64,000 nucleotides of DNA from contig OY970320.1 in NCBI GenBank assembly GCA_963716745.1, forward strand, positions 2,528,001 through 2,592,000, written 5' to 3'. The notes beneath the pieces are model-generated. The model was given only the letters and a program-made list of their open reading frames with translations, searched no databases and was not told the DNA's origin. This stretch comes from an uncultured Gemmatimonadaceae bacterium. GTDB taxonomy: Bacteria; Gemmatimonadota; Gemmatimonadetes; Gemmatimonadales; Gemmatimonadaceae. This document shows, piece by piece, positions 61,844 to 64,000 of the stretch. The stretch's first letter is position 1. Every line of letters starts with the position of its first letter. The position numbers and the translations under genes were made by a program.

Positions 61844-62818
61844 TCACGGCTTCGGCTTCGACGCGCGCGCGCGCCGCGCCATCCGCACCGCCTCGGCGTG
61901 CTGCCGCGAGTTGGAACGGAACTCGTGATGTCCGTCCGGCATCGCCACGAAATACAAATAGGGCACCTTCGCCGGGTACAGCGCCGCCTCGAGGCTCGCG
62001 CGCCCCGGGGATGCGATCGGTCCCGGCGGCAGCCCCGGATACTTGTACGTGTTGTACGGTGAGTCCACGAGCAGGTCGCGATAGAGCAGGCGGTCGCGGT
62101 GCAGCCCCAGCGCGTACTGCACGGTGGGGTCCGCCTGCAGCAGCATGTGTTTCTTCAACCGGTTGAGGTACACCGCCGCGATCACCGGTCGCTCCTCCGG
62201 AAGTACCGCTTCCTTCTCCACGATCGACGCGAGCGTCACGATCTGGTTGCGGCTCATTCCCAATTCGGTGAGGCGGTCGTCCCACGCCGGCTGCCACACG
62301 CTCTCGAATCGCTTGGTCATCTCGCGCACGGCGGTGCGCGGCGCGGTGCCGTAGCCGAAGATGTACGTGTCGGGAAAGAGGTAGCCCTCGAGCGTGCTCG
62401 CCGGCACGTCCAGTTCGTTCCGCAGCGCGGTGTCGCGCACCGCTGCGTCCACGGAATCCTCGGGCGCGCCGAGCGCCTGCGCGAGTGCGGGCACGATCGC
62501 GCTCAGTCCCCAGCCTTCGGGAATGGTGAGCCGGTTCTCGATCCCCTCGCCTTCCCGGAGCGCGCGTACCAGCGCGGGCCAGCTGATGTCGGTGTGGATC
62601 GCATAATTCCCGGCCTTGATGTCCTTCGCGCCGCCGCTCAGCCGGGCGTACCAGCTGAACAGCGCCGCCGACTCCACCACGCCGGCCGCCGAGAGCGAGT
62701 CGGCGGTGGAACGCAGGCTCGCGCCGGCGGGGATCGTCACGTGCGCGATCGGCCCGCTGGGCGGCGCGCTCGTGCACGCCGCCAGCGCGAGCGCGCACGC
62801 GGCGATCGCGCGGCGCAC
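61844..62818 (-). CDS. mltG: Endolytic transglycosylase MltG
   Basis: LTIPEG, LEGYLFPDTY, LASIVEKE, LQADPTVQY, SPYNTY, GLPPGPIASPG. Confidence 0.96.
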   Translation of the reverse strand: MRRAIAACALALAACTSAPPSGPIAHVTIPAGASLRSTADSLSAAGVVESAALFSWYARLSGGAKDIKAGNYAIHTDISWPALVRALREGEGIENRLTIPEGWGLSAIVPALAQALGAPEDSVDAAVRDTALRNELDVPASTLEGYLFPDTYIFGYGTAPRTAVREMTKRFESVWQPAWDDRLTELGMSRNQIVTLASIVEKEAVLPEERPVIAAVYLNRLKKHMLLQADPTVQYALGLHRDRLLYRDLLVDSPYNTYKYPGLPPGPIASPGRASLEAALYPAKVPYLYFVAMPDGHHEFRSNSRQHAEAVRMARRARASKPKP

Positions 62819-62819
62819 G

Positions 62820-63251
62820 TTACTCGGCGAGACGCAGCGCATGCTGGAGCAGGATCGTGGCGGCGAGCGCGTCCACATCGCCTTTGCGCCCGCGCGTCGA
62901 GCCGCCCATCTCGCGCACCGTGCGGAGCGCGGCGGCCGTGGTGTACCGCTCATCCACGAGCGCCACCGGAAGACCGGTGCGCTTCTCGAGCTCGGCCGCG
63001 ATCGCGCGCACTTCGGTCGCCCGCGGCGTATCGTCGCCGCGCTCATCCAGCGGCAGCCCGATCACGAAGGCGCTCGCTTCGTGCTCACTGGCGCGGCGGA
63101 CGAGTTCGGTGATCGGCGCGCGCTTGCCCGCGCGGCGCGCGATGTGCCCCAGCGGCGACGCGATGAGGCGCAGCGGGTCGCTCAGCGCGAGTCCCACGCG
63201 CTTGTCGCCATAGTCGATCGCGAGGATGCGGCCGGGATCGGGCACGCTCAT
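62820..63251 (-). CDS. ruvX: RuvX/YqgF family nuclease
   Basis: [39 protein letters not shown]. Confidence 0.95.
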   Translation of the reverse strand: MSVPDPGRILAIDYGDKRVGLALSDPLRLIASPLGHIARRAGKRAPITELVRRASEHEASAFVIGLPLDERGDDTPRATEVRAIAAELEKRTGLPVALVDERYTTAAALRTVREMGGSTRGRKGDVDALAATILLQHALRLAE

Positions 63252-64000
63252 GCCTCGTGCATCGTGTCGAAGAATTCCTTGTTCGTCTTATGACGCGCCA
63301 TGCGCTTGAGCAGGAACTCGATCGCTTCGGCCTCGGGGCGGTCGCCGAGGAAATTGCGCAGCAGGAACATGCGATTGAGTTCCTTCTGGTCGAGCAGGAG
63401 CTCTTCCTTGCGCGTCCCGGACTTGTTGATGTCGATCGCGGGGTAGATGCGCCGCTCGGCGATGCCGCGGTCGAGCACCAGCTCCATGTTGCCCGTGCCC
63501 TTGAACTCCTCGAAGATCACTTCGTCCATGCGCGAGCCGGTCTCGATGAGCGCGGTGGCGACGATCGTGAGCGAGCCGCCGCCGTCGATGCTGCGCGCGC
63601 TGCCGAAGAACGCTTTCGGCTTCTGCATCGCGCCCGAGTCCACGCCGCCCGAGAGGATCTTCCCGCCGTGCGGCATCACCGTGTTGTGTGCGCGCGCGAG
63701 ACGCGTGATCGAGTCGAGCAGGATCACCACGTCGCGGCCGTTCTCCACCAGGCGCTTCGCCTTCTCGATCACCATGTCGGCGACCTGCACGTGCCGGCTC
63801 GCGGGCTCGTCGAAGGTGGAACTCACCACTTCGGCTTGCGGCACCGACGCCTTGAAGTCCGTCACTTCCTCGGGCCGCTCGTCGATGAGCAGCACGATGA
63901 GCGCGACCTCGGGATGATTCTCGACGATCGCCGTCGCCATGCGCTGGAGCAGGATCGTCTTGCCCGCGCGCGGCGGCGCGACGATGAGGCCGCGCTGTCC
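63248..64000 (-). CDS. rho: Transcription termination factor Rho (3' part)
   Basis: [41 protein letters not shown]. Confidence 0.98.
   Translation of the reverse strand, partial: GQRGLIVAPPRAGKTILLQRMATAIVENHPEVALIVLLIDERPEEVTDFKASVPQAEVVSSTFDEPASRHVQVADMVIEKAKRLVENGRDVVILLDSITRLARAHNTVMPHGGKILSGGVDSGAMQKPKAFFGSARSIDGGGSLTIVATALIETGSRMDEVIFEEFKGTGNMELVLDRGIAERRIYPAIDINKSGTRKEELLLDQKELNRMFLLRNFLGDRPEAEAIEFLLKRMARHKTNKEFFDTMHEA

Overview
High-GC bacterial chromosomal segment, gene-dense and mostly housekeeping. Gene content and several small conserved proteins suggest Gemmatimonadota, which is an inference from gene content only. A long minus-strand block runs yebC-ruvC-ruvA-aminotransferase-ruvB-GWxTD-queA-tgt-yajC-def-fmt-thiE-like-rsmB-PASTA-rpe-tlpA-cdaR-like-tsaD-lgt. 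A coupled plus-strand operon runs PorX/PglZ regulator-msbA-lpxL-split membrane-anchored Cas4-like pair-class V aminotransferase and is divergent from a solo DnaB C-terminal domain. Other genes are tyrS, PBP1A, ilvE, an HNH nuclease, an NtrY/NtrX-like envelope module, an NYN-LOTUS RNase behind a long structured leader, mpg, kbl-tdh, two tandem Tat-signal TldD/TldE pairs, a sigma54-driven 51-aa peptide, mutM, rlmI, thiE, an inverted aroH, mltG, ruvX and partial rho. No rRNA, tRNA, CRISPR array or transposase was seen. About 15 apparent single-base frameshifts, some in normally essential genes, most likely reflect sequencing or assembly indels. The most notable items are the CRISPR-free Cas4-like nuclease split into two membrane-anchored halves, the structured uORF leader of the NYN RNase, several long intergenic rod hairpins with strand-biased wobble pairs, the sigma54 micro-protein, and an antisense ORF through aroH coupled at both ends.
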